Below are positions 1 to 8,224 of a stretch of 27,339 bases of DNA, piece by piece. The first letter of the stretch is position 1. Every line of letters starts with the position of its first letter. Under the pieces are notes generated by a model that was not told the origin of the DNA, made no database searches, and saw nothing but the letters and a program-made list of their open reading frames with translations. This stretch comes from Deinococcales bacterium (lineage in GTDB: Bacteria > Deinococcota > Deinococci > Deinococcales > JAAFIG01): positions 1-27,339 of the forward strand of contig JAYWHB010000357.1 in the NCBI GenBank assembly GCA_043777915.1. The letters run 5' to 3'. Made by a program: the position numbers and the translations under genes.

Positions 1-78
1 CGTTGTTATGACTCACTGACTGAATTGCGGGCTGCTTTGATGGTAGCGCTGACAGCTATTGGAGGTGTCATTATCTGA
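1..78 (+). CDS. 3' end of an upstream gene cut by the window edge (RCYDSLTELRAALMVALTAIGGVII*), weakly like an IS630-family transposase tail
   Basis: Frame 1 is open from base 1 to TGA at 76-78. The peptide loosely resembles the 'xxSLxELR' helix at the end of IS630 transposases; too short to be sure. Confidence 0.3.
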   Translation, partial: RCYDSLTELRAALMVALTAIGGVII

Positions 79-180
79 TTGTTACACGGGAAGCACTTAA
101 AATCCCAAGTCATTAACGCAATGCCATGCAAGACCCAAGACTCGAGAAGTGACATAAAACAATGAAATTTTGCGAGTAGC

Positions 181-211
181 TTGACTTAGAGTCCACTCCA
201 AGTTGTAAGGT
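181..211 (+). promoter_or_regulatory. MerR-type promoter/operator
   Basis: -35 TTGACT (181-186), 19-nt spacer, -10 TAAGGT (206-211). The dyad CTTAGAGT-CC-ACTCCAAG (185-202) overlaps the spacer. It lies 6 nt before the GTG of the MerR gene. Confidence 0.8.
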
Positions 212-217
212 TCAAGT

Positions 218-604
218 GTGACCGAATTGAGCATTCAGCAGACTGCCAAAAAAACGGGATTAAGTACCGATACCCTACGTTACTATGAACGCATTGGCTT
301 ATTGCGTCCAAACAGAGATGCCTCGAGTCGGCATCGGCGCTACACGCAAACTGACCTCGCATGGATTCAGTTCTTAAATCATTTGCGTTCAACTGGAATG
401 CCGTTGTCCGAGATACGAGACTACTTAGCGCTATTTCTCCAAGGCGATCAAACCCTAGCCATGCGTTTAACCATGCTTGAAGCCCACGCAAAGCAAGTCG
501 AGCAACAAATTGCTGATTTGCAAGCCAACTTAGTTGCTATTCGGCATAAAATTGCCCATAGCAAAGAGTGTACTACCAAGCCCACCACAGAGACAGAGTC
601 TTAA
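218..604 (+). CDS. MerR-family transcriptional regulator (AdhR/NmlR-like)
   Basis: N-terminal MerR HTH 'IQQTAKKTGLSTDTLRYYERIGLL...HRRY', coiled-coil dimerisation helix; GTG start just downstream of the -10. Confidence 0.93.
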   Translation: MTELSIQQTAKKTGLSTDTLRYYERIGLLRPNRDASSRHRRYTQTDLAWIQFLNHLRSTGMPLSEIRDYLALFLQGDQTLAMRLTMLEAHAKQVEQQIADLQANLVAIRHKIAHSKECTTKPTTETES

Positions 605-614
605 AAGGAGTTTT

Positions 615-1571
615 ATGTCAATCACATCTTCATTTGGTTATCGTTCAACCGCCCTCGAGGTGATTGCAGGTCACGATCTACAGGGTCAAACTGCATTGGT
701 GACTGGGGCAAGCTCTGGTCTTGGCATTGAAACTTGCCGAGCCTTATTGCAAGCAGGCGCAGAAGTGGTTATGGCAGTGCGTGACCCTGAAAAGGGTGAA
801 TTAGTGGCTGCACAATTGCGCCAAGACACCAACAACCCCAAGGCTTATGTCATCGAACTGGATTTGGCTTCTTTGGCTTTGGTGCGTGCTGCTGCCAAAC
901 AAATTCTTGGAAGATGGTCGAAGATCAATCTACTGATCAATAATGCTGGTGTGATGGCAACGCCATTTTCGCACACCACAGATGGATTTGAAATGCAGTT
1001 TGGTACAAACCACCTTGGGCATTACTTATTTTCTAGGTTGTTACAACCAGCTTTACTTGCCGCCGCGCCAGCGCGAGTGGTTATGGTCAGTTCGCTTGCT
1101 CACCAACGTTCAGATGTTCATTTTGAAGATTTGAACTACCAACAGCGCGTTTATGAAAAATGGCAAGCCTACGGACAGTCCAAGACAGCCAATGTCTTAT
1201 TTGCAGTGGCATGGAATCAGCTTTACAGTTCGGAAGGCATCACCGCCAATGCCTTACATCCGGGCGGGATTTCCACGGGTTTGCAAAAGTTCTTGCCAAT
1301 TGAAGAACAACTTGCTATGGGCTGGATTGACGAACAAGGTGTAGTCAACCCTTTATTTAAGACCACCCAGCAAGGTGCAGCCACCACAATTTGGGCAGCC
1401 GTTGCTCCAGAACTGAGTGGTATTGGCGGCTTGTATCTCGAGGATTGCCGTGAAGCGCTGCCTTTCGACCCTACCCAACCGTACTCAGGTTTTATGCCCT
1501 ATATTCGAGACCTCGCCAATGCTGAACGCTTATGGCAGATTTCAGCCGAATTGGTGGGATTGACCAGCTAA
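615..1571 (+). CDS. Short-chain dehydrogenase/reductase (retinol dehydrogenase/WWOX-like SDR)
   Basis: TGASSGLG Rossmann motif, NNAG, catalytic YGQSK. True start is likely ATG 615 after the RBS AAGGAG; the track start at 534 overlaps merR. Confidence 0.93.
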   Translation: MSITSSFGYRSTALEVIAGHDLQGQTALVTGASSGLGIETCRALLQAGAEVVMAVRDPEKGELVAAQLRQDTNNPKAYVIELDLASLALVRAAAKQILGRWSKINLLINNAGVMATPFSHTTDGFEMQFGTNHLGHYLFSRLLQPALLAAAPARVVMVSSLAHQRSDVHFEDLNYQQRVYEKWQAYGQSKTANVLFAVAWNQLYSSEGITANALHPGGISTGLQKFLPIEEQLAMGWIDEQGVVNPLFKTTQQGAATTIWAAVAPELSGIGGLYLEDCREALPFDPTQPYSGFMPYIRDLANAERLWQISAELVGLTS

Positions 1572-1594
1572 AGATAGCAGCCAAAATGCACCAT

Positions 1595-1633
1595 TTTATT
1601 TTCTCGATTTCAAGCACGGCTTGAGAAAATAAA
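1595..1633 (+). terminator. Bulged stem-loop after the SDR gene, possible terminator
   Basis: TTTATTTTC pairs with GAAAATAAA and the inner TCAAGC-ACG-GCTTGA pairs; AT-rich stem and no clean U-tract on the + strand. Confidence 0.4.
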
Positions 1634-1720
1634 GAGATTGCTTAGGAATTGTCCCAGCGTTGGGGGAGTTCGTGACCAATTGCGTTTTTTCTCAGGCTTT
1701 TTGTTTTACTGCAAGACCCT

Positions 1721-1726
1721 TAGAAT
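1721..1726 (+). promoter_or_regulatory. -10 element of a probable leaderless prmA transcript
   Basis: TAGAAT ends 6 nt before the GTG start at 1733; no Shine-Dalgarno sequence. Confidence 0.5.
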
Positions 1727-1732
1727 GCAAGG

Positions 1733-2551
1733 GTGTACATATACCGTTTGCTTGGAACACTCGAGAATTTAGATGCGATTACCCCAGACCTCTGGGACGC
1801 TGGTTGTCAGGGTTTAACTGAAGATAATGGTTCGGTGCTGGCTTTTTTTGAGACTCAAATTCCCTTGCCTTTTGCTGGTACATGGACAAAAGCCGATGAT
1901 ACCGATTGGATCGCCGCCTATCGTGCCAGTGTACTGCCTGTAACCATTGGGGATGTGACCATTACCCCGCCGTGGCTCGAGCCAGCCAGTCATGCCAAGG
2001 TGCAGTTGTTGCTTGAACCCGGTTTGGCATTCGGCACAGGGCAGCATCAGACAACCCATATGGCAATTTTAGCCTTGCAGGGCGTTCATCTCGAGGGTAA
2101 AAAAGTCTTGGATGTCGGGGCTGGCACAGGAATTTTGGCAATCGTGGCAGCCAAACTTGGAGCAGAAGCCTTTGGTGTGGACAATGATGCCAGTACCCTC
2201 AAAGTGGCTTTTGATAATGCTATTCAGAACCATGTGCAGATAGATTTCCAAGCTGGGGTTCTCGAGGATATGTTGCTGTTTGCGCCGTTTGATGTGGTCG
2301 TGGCAAATTTATTTGCTGAGCTTCACGCGATGCTTATGCCGCAATACAAATCAGCTTTGGCAAAGGATGGGCGTTTAATTTTAACGGGCATTTTAGCGGG
2401 AACTGAACAAGCTGATGCAGCTGAACAAATCACGTGGGATACCTCGAGTGGGCGTGAGAACTTGGTTTTAGGGGCGTTACTCGAGCATGGTTTTAAGCTG
2501 TTACGGCGTGAACAAATGGCAGATTGGGTGCTGCTCGAGGCGGTCTTATGA
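1733..2551 (+). CDS. prmA: Ribosomal protein L11 methyltransferase
   Basis: Thermus-type N-domain 'YRLLGTLENLD', 'EPGLAFGTGQHQTT', SAM motif 'VLDVGAGTGILAI', 'VVANLFAELH'. Confidence 0.93.
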   Translation: MYIYRLLGTLENLDAITPDLWDAGCQGLTEDNGSVLAFFETQIPLPFAGTWTKADDTDWIAAYRASVLPVTIGDVTITPPWLEPASHAKVQLLLEPGLAFGTGQHQTTHMAILALQGVHLEGKKVLDVGAGTGILAIVAAKLGAEAFGVDNDASTLKVAFDNAIQNHVQIDFQAGVLEDMLLFAPFDVVVANLFAELHAMLMPQYKSALAKDGRLILTGILAGTEQADAAEQITWDTSSGRENLVLGALLEHGFKLLRREQMADWVLLEAVL

Positions 2552-3156
2552 TTGATATTACGCGCCGAATCTCAAATTTCAGTCCAAATTGGATTGGTGA
2601 TACACCCGTCTCGTATACCGTGCCAGTTAAAATTGCGGATGGTGCGCCTGTCAATGTTGGGGTTGTGACCATGAGTACCCATACGGGAACGCATGTGGAT
2701 GCGCCTTGGCATTATTTAGATAGTGGCTTAAAACTCCATGAGATTCCGCTTAAAACGTGGGTCGGGGCGTGTCTGGTGGTGGATGCGGTTGGGGCAACTG
2801 AACTGAACCCAGATTTGCTCAGGGACTTGGATTTAACGGGTGTGACCAAGGTTTTGTTTTACACCGGGCAGCCAAATGCGTGGCAGTCTTTTCCACTCGA
2901 GTGGGCAGTGGTCAGCCCAAGTTTACCGCCGTTTTTGGCGCAACACGGAATTGATTTAATCGGTACGGATGCACCAAGCGCCGATACCCTGACCAGCACC
3001 GATTTACCCGGTCATGCGGCATTGGCTAAAAGTGGGGTCTGTATTCTCGAGAGTCTGGCGTTGGATGGTGTTCAAGCTGGGCGGTACCGTTTGGTCTGTT
3101 TGCCACTGAACTTAGAGGGTGCGGATGGCGCTCCAGCGCGTTGTATTCTCGAGTGA
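2548..3156 (+). CDS. kynB: Cyclase-family metallohydrolase, kynurenine formamidase (arylformamidase)-like
   Basis: HTGTHVDAP metal motif, 'WIGDTP', 'IGTDAPSAD', 'ILESL', 'GADGAPAR'. ATG 2548 overlaps the prmA stop (ATGA). Confidence 0.85.
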   Translation: MIDITRRISNFSPNWIGDTPVSYTVPVKIADGAPVNVGVVTMSTHTGTHVDAPWHYLDSGLKLHEIPLKTWVGACLVVDAVGATELNPDLLRDLDLTGVTKVLFYTGQPNAWQSFPLEWAVVSPSLPPFLAQHGIDLIGTDAPSADTLTSTDLPGHAALAKSGVCILESLALDGVQAGRYRLVCLPLNLEGADGAPARCILE

Positions 3157-3184
3157 AAGTACGATGATTAAAGATCGCTTTACC

Positions 3185-3208
3185 GTAGGGGCGAGGCATG
3201 CCTCGTCC
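3185..3208. repeat. GTAG-type REP-like palindrome
   Basis: GTAGGGGCGAGGCATGCCTCGTCC with a perfect 14-bp palindrome CGAGGCATGCCTCG, intergenic. Confidence 0.7.
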
Positions 3209-3277
3209 AACCTGAGTAATCCGTTTTCTGCTCTATTTCTTGTTATTGGATTTGTAATTCTCGAGTGAGGGTGTTTG

Positions 3278-4432
3278 ATGACTGTTCAATTATTTCGTTC
3301 TGATGCTTATTTATCTTCGTTTGAGGCTGTCGTTGTTCAGGTTCGAGAAGGCGCAGTTTGTCTGTCTCAAACCGCGTTCTACCCCGGTGGCGGTGGACAA
3401 GTTTATGACCTTGGCACATTAAATGGTGTACCTGTACAAAAAACCAGTCTCGAGGAAGGAAAAATCTGGCATCATTTGGATACCGATTTAAGTCTTGGCA
3501 CAGAGGTACATGGTCAGCTTGATTGGGCGCGGCGTTTTGACGCGATGCAGCAGCATACGGGTGAACATTTGCTTGGACAGGCTTTTTTTCGGCTGGGTTT
3601 CCATGTTTTAGCGGTCAATATGGAACATTCGGTTTGTACTTTGGATTTAACCGGGGTCACAACTTGGGAAATGGCAATGCAAGCCGAACAGATGGTTAAT
3701 GATGCAATTATAGCAGCGCTACCAATTAGTACCTATGAAGTACCAGACTCGGAAATTCATGCTGTTCCTTTGCGCCGCACGTCAAAAGTGCAGGGTTTAA
3801 TTCGGGTGGTACAAATTGGCGATTTTGATTACACGGCTTGTGGTGGAACGCACACCAGTAAAAGCTCCGAAGTTGGACTTCTAAAAATCCTTAAAATTGA
3901 ACGGATTAAAGGCACAGCCACCAGAATTTATTTTAATTGCGGAACACGCTTACTCGAGGATTACCGCTTCAAACACGATTTTGTGGCTTCTTTGGGTTTG
4001 CGTTTCTCGAGTGGCTTGGATTCTGTCCCTGAACGCACTGTGGCAGCCTTGAATGAACTCGGGGCTTGCAAACTGGAAATTTCACAATTGCAGACTCAAT
4101 TGGCAGCCCGAATTGCCTCGAGTTTTCTGCGTGGTGTGGTGGTGCATCTGCTAGACGATGCGACGCTGCTGCCAGAGCTTGCCAAAGCCTGTATTTTGCG
4201 TGAAAACCTGATTGCTATTTTGGGGGCAGTGGATGGTTCAAAGGCACTTTTGGCGGTGACTTGTGGGCGTAATACCAAAACCCAAGCGCGGGATGTTTTA
4301 GCGCTTGGGTTGCCGTTTATTGATGGTAAAGGCGGCGGAAAACCAGATTTAGCCCAAGGAAGCGGCTTAAAAACGACTGGCTTAGAAGCAGCTCTCGAGG
4401 CAATGCGGGCTTCTGCCCTCGAGACAGCATAG
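3278..4432 (+). CDS. AlaX-type alanyl-tRNA editing protein with C-terminal DHHA1-like domain
   Basis: 'TAFYPGGGGQ', zinc motifs QQHTGEH (HxxxH) and CGGTH, C-terminal 'GKGGGKPDLAQG'; GAGG RBS. Start is TTG 3275 or ATG 3278. Confidence 0.9.
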   Translation: MTVQLFRSDAYLSSFEAVVVQVREGAVCLSQTAFYPGGGGQVYDLGTLNGVPVQKTSLEEGKIWHHLDTDLSLGTEVHGQLDWARRFDAMQQHTGEHLLGQAFFRLGFHVLAVNMEHSVCTLDLTGVTTWEMAMQAEQMVNDAIIAALPISTYEVPDSEIHAVPLRRTSKVQGLIRVVQIGDFDYTACGGTHTSKSSEVGLLKILKIERIKGTATRIYFNCGTRLLEDYRFKHDFVASLGLRFSSGLDSVPERTVAALNELGACKLEISQLQTQLAARIASSFLRGVVVHLLDDATLLPELAKACILRENLIAILGAVDGSKALLAVTCGRNTKTQARDVLALGLPFIDGKGGGKPDLAQGSGLKTTGLEAALEAMRASALETA

Positions 4433-4486
4433 GTATCAGGCTAAGAGCCAAAGCCTTTCAGTACGCAAAAAATCACAGTCAGTCAG

Positions 4487-4614
4487 CCCCTCTCCCGTCT
4501 CGCTTAGGCTCGCCACCTGTTGGACTCCTTGCTGCTTTCTTCCTACGTTTCCACGAGCTTCGCTCGACCTGTTGCAGTCCCAAAAAACGCTTCGCTTGGG
4601 GAGGGTTAGTGAGT
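4487..4614. repeat. BoxC/REPIN-like structured intergenic element A
   Basis: CCCCTCTCCC (4487-4496) ... GGGGGAGGG-TTAGTGAG (4598-4614), with internal hairpins CGAGC-TTC-GCTCG (4554-4566) and CCCAA...TTGGG (4579-4600). Confidence 0.5.
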
Positions 4615-4704
4615 AGTGTTGACTTCTGTATATCTTGAAAGACGTGTGAAAACTGTGTTTTTTTGTTTCTAGCCCTCTATTTGAACAACAAAAGAAACCG
4701 AACA

Positions 4705-4765
4705 ACCCTCTCCCGCGCTTTTTGGCGGGATGAGGGTAACGAGCTTAAGCGAGTTGGGTGAGGGT
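4705..4765. repeat. BoxC-like intergenic element B
   Basis: Hairpin ACCCTCTCCCGC...GCGGGATGAGGGT followed by GGGTGAGGGT. GAGCTTAAGCGAG (4741-4753) matches the reverse complement of 4499-4511 at 12/13. Confidence 0.55.
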
Positions 4766-4903
4766 TGGAACGCGGTATGGGCTACTCCATTTTGAGCAAT
4801 GGGTTTTGTTGTTCTGAACTGTAAATTTCCTTGAACTGATGTCTGTGGGTGAATCTCTGTGTTCGCCCTCTTGACTCGAGAAACCCGTCTGGGACACCAG
4901 AAG

Positions 4904-5263
4904 CTAATGGTTCGTGGCTTTGGTCTGCACAAAAATCATATCGGTGGCTTTGAACTCGAGTCGAAGTTCTTGCCCACTAATATGCCATGTACCTTCAAGT
5001 TGAGCGGTGCTTTCGCCAGCCCCAGCGTATAAGGTTAGTAACAACTTGCCACTGGCATGGCTTTCGATCATACCGCTCATGATTTTACTGCCAGCCGTGA
5101 TTTTTACCCGTTGGTCTGGAGTAACCACAAAACTTGTCCACGATTGACGCGCCGAGGCTGCACTCCAAGCCCCCAATAAATAATTATTGAGTTGCGGCTC
5201 AGCCCGCCAGACCTTAGAAGGATTAGGGAGTTGGTCAGTTGAATTTGGGTTAATGCGAGCCAT
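4904..5263 (-). CDS. Hypothetical protein (119 aa)
   Basis: ATG with a GAGGGAG RBS upstream; plausible beta-rich composition; fills the gap divergent from the GGDEF/EAL gene. Confidence 0.6.
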   Translation of the reverse strand: MARINPNSTDQLPNPSKVWRAEPQLNNYLLGAWSAASARQSWTSFVVTPDQRVKITAGSKIMSGMIESHASGKLLLTLYAGAGESTAQLEGTWHISGQELRLEFKATDMIFVQTKATNH

Positions 5264-5387
5264 GTGGTGACAATACTCCCTCTAGTGTATGGTTGTGACC
5301 AATCCAAAGTTTGGTTTTAGGAAAAGGTTTAATACGCGAAGCCAAATTATACCACAATTTGCAAAAGTTTAAGGCATAATAGAAACC

Positions 5388-8081
5388 ATGCAAGTTTCAA
5401 AACCGCTTTCTTCTGACCGTGATGCTTTACAAACAATCATGGCATTGTGTTCAACAGTTTTTATACCCGATGGTGTGGCGCTTTATGTGGTGGCTGGAAC
5501 TTCGATGCAGCGTGTGCTGGCAGAAGGTCTGGCTTTAGAGGTTGCCACCAGTTTTGATAAAGGTGTGGATGTTCCCGGACGGGTCTGGGCAAGTGCTGAA
5601 CCTTTGGTGGTACAACAATACCTGCATTGGTCAGAACGCACGATTCAACAAGCTGTTTCGGTGGTGGCGGCTGTGCCAGTGGTTTTAGAAAATACCGTGG
5701 CAGGGGTTTTGATGCTGATGTACCGCCAAGCGGTGCAACTGACCCCAGCCCAAGTGGTTCAACTCGAGCGTTTATCGGTGTTGGTGGCTTCGACCTTAGA
5801 AAACGGTTTTTTGCGCCAGCAATCTAAAAAGCAAACCCAAGCTCGAGCCGAGGATAAAGCCGCCCTATCCGAATTCGACCAGCGCCTACAACTCTTTGAA
5901 TCGGCGGTGCTGAACGCCGATGAGAGTGTTTTAATCAGTGAAATCGCTGTCCCAGACGATGGTAACGAACAGAATTCAAAAATTATCTTTGTCAATGCGG
6001 CTTTTTCTAATCTGATGGGCTTTTCGCCCCAAGAATCGCTTGGGCAGACGGCTGGTTTACTACGAGGGGCTTATGGTGATACCGATTTGTACCACCGTGC
6101 CAAAGCCGATTTGCGACTTGGCAAATCGGTTGATTTAGAAACGATTGAATATAAAAAAGATGGCACACCGCTTTGGGTGCAGCTTTCGATAGTGCCGATT
6201 CGCAACGAACTAGGGGTGATTACCAATCGTGTTTCGTGGCGGCGCGATATTACCGAACGCAAAAGCAACGAACTTCTGGAGGCATACCGCAATCGGGTTC
6301 TCGAGTTGGCGCTGCGTGGTGCGCCCCTCAACGAAACGCTGCAAACTTTAACGGGCTTACTCGAGAAGATTTTTGCAGGGTCAACGGCGGGTGTTTTTAT
6401 GCGTAAAGCCGAGCGTTTGGTTTTACAAGTCGCTCCCAATTGGCGACCACTGGTGCGTTCGCTGCTGGATGGTGTACCAATTGGTTTAGGGCATGGGACG
6501 GCTTCTTATGCGATTCTGGAGGCTGTGCCAGCCGTGGTTGAAGCGATTCAAGACGATCCGCGTTGGATCAATATGGATAGGGCAATGCTGATGAGTGGGG
6601 TGGCGAGTTCTTGGGCAGTCCCGATTTCTTCAGCAGACGGCGCGGTGATTGGGGCGCTTGAACTGCATTTTTCACGCAGCAGTGCGCCAACCCCCAGTCA
6701 ACTCGAGCATTTTGAAAATGTGGCACGTTTAGCCACCTTGGTGATTGAACGCAGCACCCTAATTGACCGCTTAGATGACCAAGCCAGTACCGATACCCTG
6801 ACCAAATTACCGAATCGTTACGGGGTCGAGCGTCACCTTGAGGGTGCCTTAAAAGTGGCGTTGCAACGCGGTTGGAAATTGGCGGTGCTGCAAATAGATT
6901 TAGATGGTTTTCGGCGAATCAACGACACCCTTGGACATGAGGTCGGCGATGAGGTGCTGCGAACCGTGACCGACCGTTGGCGTACCATTTTGCCGTCTCG
7001 GGATATGTTGGCGCGTCCGGGCGGCGACGAGTTTACTTTGGTGGTCCATCATTTAGAACAGGTTTCGGAAGCCGAAGCCCTAGCCAAAGAAATGCTTAAA
7101 GCCTTGTCTTATCCGCTTTCGATTCGGGGGGTGGAACTTTTTTTATCCGCCAGTATTGGAGCAGCCATTTACCCGGACGACGGCACAAGTGCCACAATTT
7201 TGCTGCGAAATGCCGACACCGCCATGAATGGGGTCAAACGCAGTGGTAAAAGTAATTTTAGACGTTTTGACCCTGCCATGAATAGCCTTGCCAAAGAACG
7301 CTTAAACACCGAAGTGTCTTTACGCCGTGCGCTTGAACGCAACGAATTTGTGGTGCGCTATCAGCCGCAAGTCAATGCTGCTCAACAAGTGATTGTGGTT
7401 GAGGCACTGCTTTACTGGCAGCATCCGCAAGAAGGTTTGGTTGCGCCGGGGCGGTTTTTACCAGTGGCGCTCGAGTCTGGTTTGATTGTGCCAATGGGTG
7501 AATGGATTTTACGCAAAGCCTGCCAAGAAGTCGGTCAATGGCGACGCGACGGCTTAAATGTGGCTTTGGCAGTCAACATAGATGTGCAGCAGTTAATGCG
7601 GGCAGATTTTTCGGATACGGTTTCTCGAGTCCTGCGAGAAACCAATTTTGACCCAAAAGCGCTTGAACTAGAAGTCACCGAAAGTGCTTTGATGAACGAT
7701 ACCGCCCTCGCTGCCGAGCGTTTGCAGCGTTTACAAGCCCAAGGGATTCAAACCGCCATAGATGACTTTGGCACGGGTTACTCGAGCCTAGCGTATTTAC
7801 AAAAACTGCCAGTTAATTCCTTAAAAATAGACCGCAGTTTTGTTTCGCATCTCGAGCCGGGTGATTCGGGTTGGTCTTTGGTCAAACTCATTGTTTTATT
7901 GGCGCGGCATGTTGGGATGAGCGTCGTGGCAGAAGGTGTGGAGACAAGAGCGCAATTTTTGGCGTTGCGTGATTTAGCGGTGGATCGTTCACAAGGCTAT
8001 TATTTTTCTAAACCTGTAGCAGCCATGGATTTATTGGGGCGCTTAAAAGCCCCGCGTAGCGCAACATCTTCGGTTGGCTGA
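5388..8081 (+). CDS. GAF-PAS-GAF-GGDEF-EAL diguanylate cyclase/phosphodiesterase
   Basis: GAF ('GVDVPGRVWASAEPLVV'), PAS/PAC ('IIFVNAAF...YKKDGTPLWV...RDITERK'), second GAF, 'DTLTKLPNR', GGDEF, EAL, 'DDFGTGYSSL', 'EGVET'. Confidence 0.95.
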   Translation: MQVSKPLSSDRDALQTIMALCSTVFIPDGVALYVVAGTSMQRVLAEGLALEVATSFDKGVDVPGRVWASAEPLVVQQYLHWSERTIQQAVSVVAAVPVVLENTVAGVLMLMYRQAVQLTPAQVVQLERLSVLVASTLENGFLRQQSKKQTQARAEDKAALSEFDQRLQLFESAVLNADESVLISEIAVPDDGNEQNSKIIFVNAAFSNLMGFSPQESLGQTAGLLRGAYGDTDLYHRAKADLRLGKSVDLETIEYKKDGTPLWVQLSIVPIRNELGVITNRVSWRRDITERKSNELLEAYRNRVLELALRGAPLNETLQTLTGLLEKIFAGSTAGVFMRKAERLVLQVAPNWRPLVRSLLDGVPIGLGHGTASYAILEAVPAVVEAIQDDPRWINMDRAMLMSGVASSWAVPISSADGAVIGALELHFSRSSAPTPSQLEHFENVARLATLVIERSTLIDRLDDQASTDTLTKLPNRYGVERHLEGALKVALQRGWKLAVLQIDLDGFRRINDTLGHEVGDEVLRTVTDRWRTILPSRDMLARPGGDEFTLVVHHLEQVSEAEALAKEMLKALSYPLSIRGVELFLSASIGAAIYPDDGTSATILLRNADTAMNGVKRSGKSNFRRFDPAMNSLAKERLNTEVSLRRALERNEFVVRYQPQVNAAQQVIVVEALLYWQHPQEGLVAPGRFLPVALESGLIVPMGEWILRKACQEVGQWRRDGLNVALAVNIDVQQLMRADFSDTVSRVLRETNFDPKALELEVTESALMNDTALAAERLQRLQAQGIQTAIDDFGTGYSSLAYLQKLPVNSLKIDRSFVSHLEPGDSGWSLVKLIVLLARHVGMSVVAEGVETRAQFLALRDLAVDRSQGYYFSKPVAAMDLLGRLKAPRSATSSVG

Positions 8082-8130
8082 AACGCCCATAGCTCGATTG
8101 ACTAGGCGGTCTCATCTGGCATTAACCAAA

Positions 8131-8155
8131 CAAACGTTTGCAAGGGGTGTATAAT
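8131..8155 (+). promoter_or_regulatory. Probable gdh promoter: -10 TATAAT plus upstream 10-bp palindrome
   Basis: TATAAT at 8150-8155; CAAACGTTTG at 8131-8140; RBS GGAGG at 8216-8220. Confidence 0.45.
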
Positions 8156-8224
8156 CCTCCACCGAAGCACAATCAAAGAACCTCGAGGTAGTTTTGAGGA
8201 TTTGTCACGCACTACGGAGGACAC

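Noticed and set aside
186-491. 101-aa minus-strand ORF, and other antisense or alternate-frame ORFs inside identified genes
   Set aside because: They overlap well-supported genes, lack an RBS and have no motifs.
2548-3156. Complete kynurenine (tryptophan catabolism) pathway
   Set aside because: No kynA or kynU in the window; the cyclase-family assignment alone does not establish the pathway.
4436-4932. Minus-strand ORFs 4436..4705 and 4669..4932
   Set aside because: They run through palindromic repeat elements and give non-protein-like sequence.
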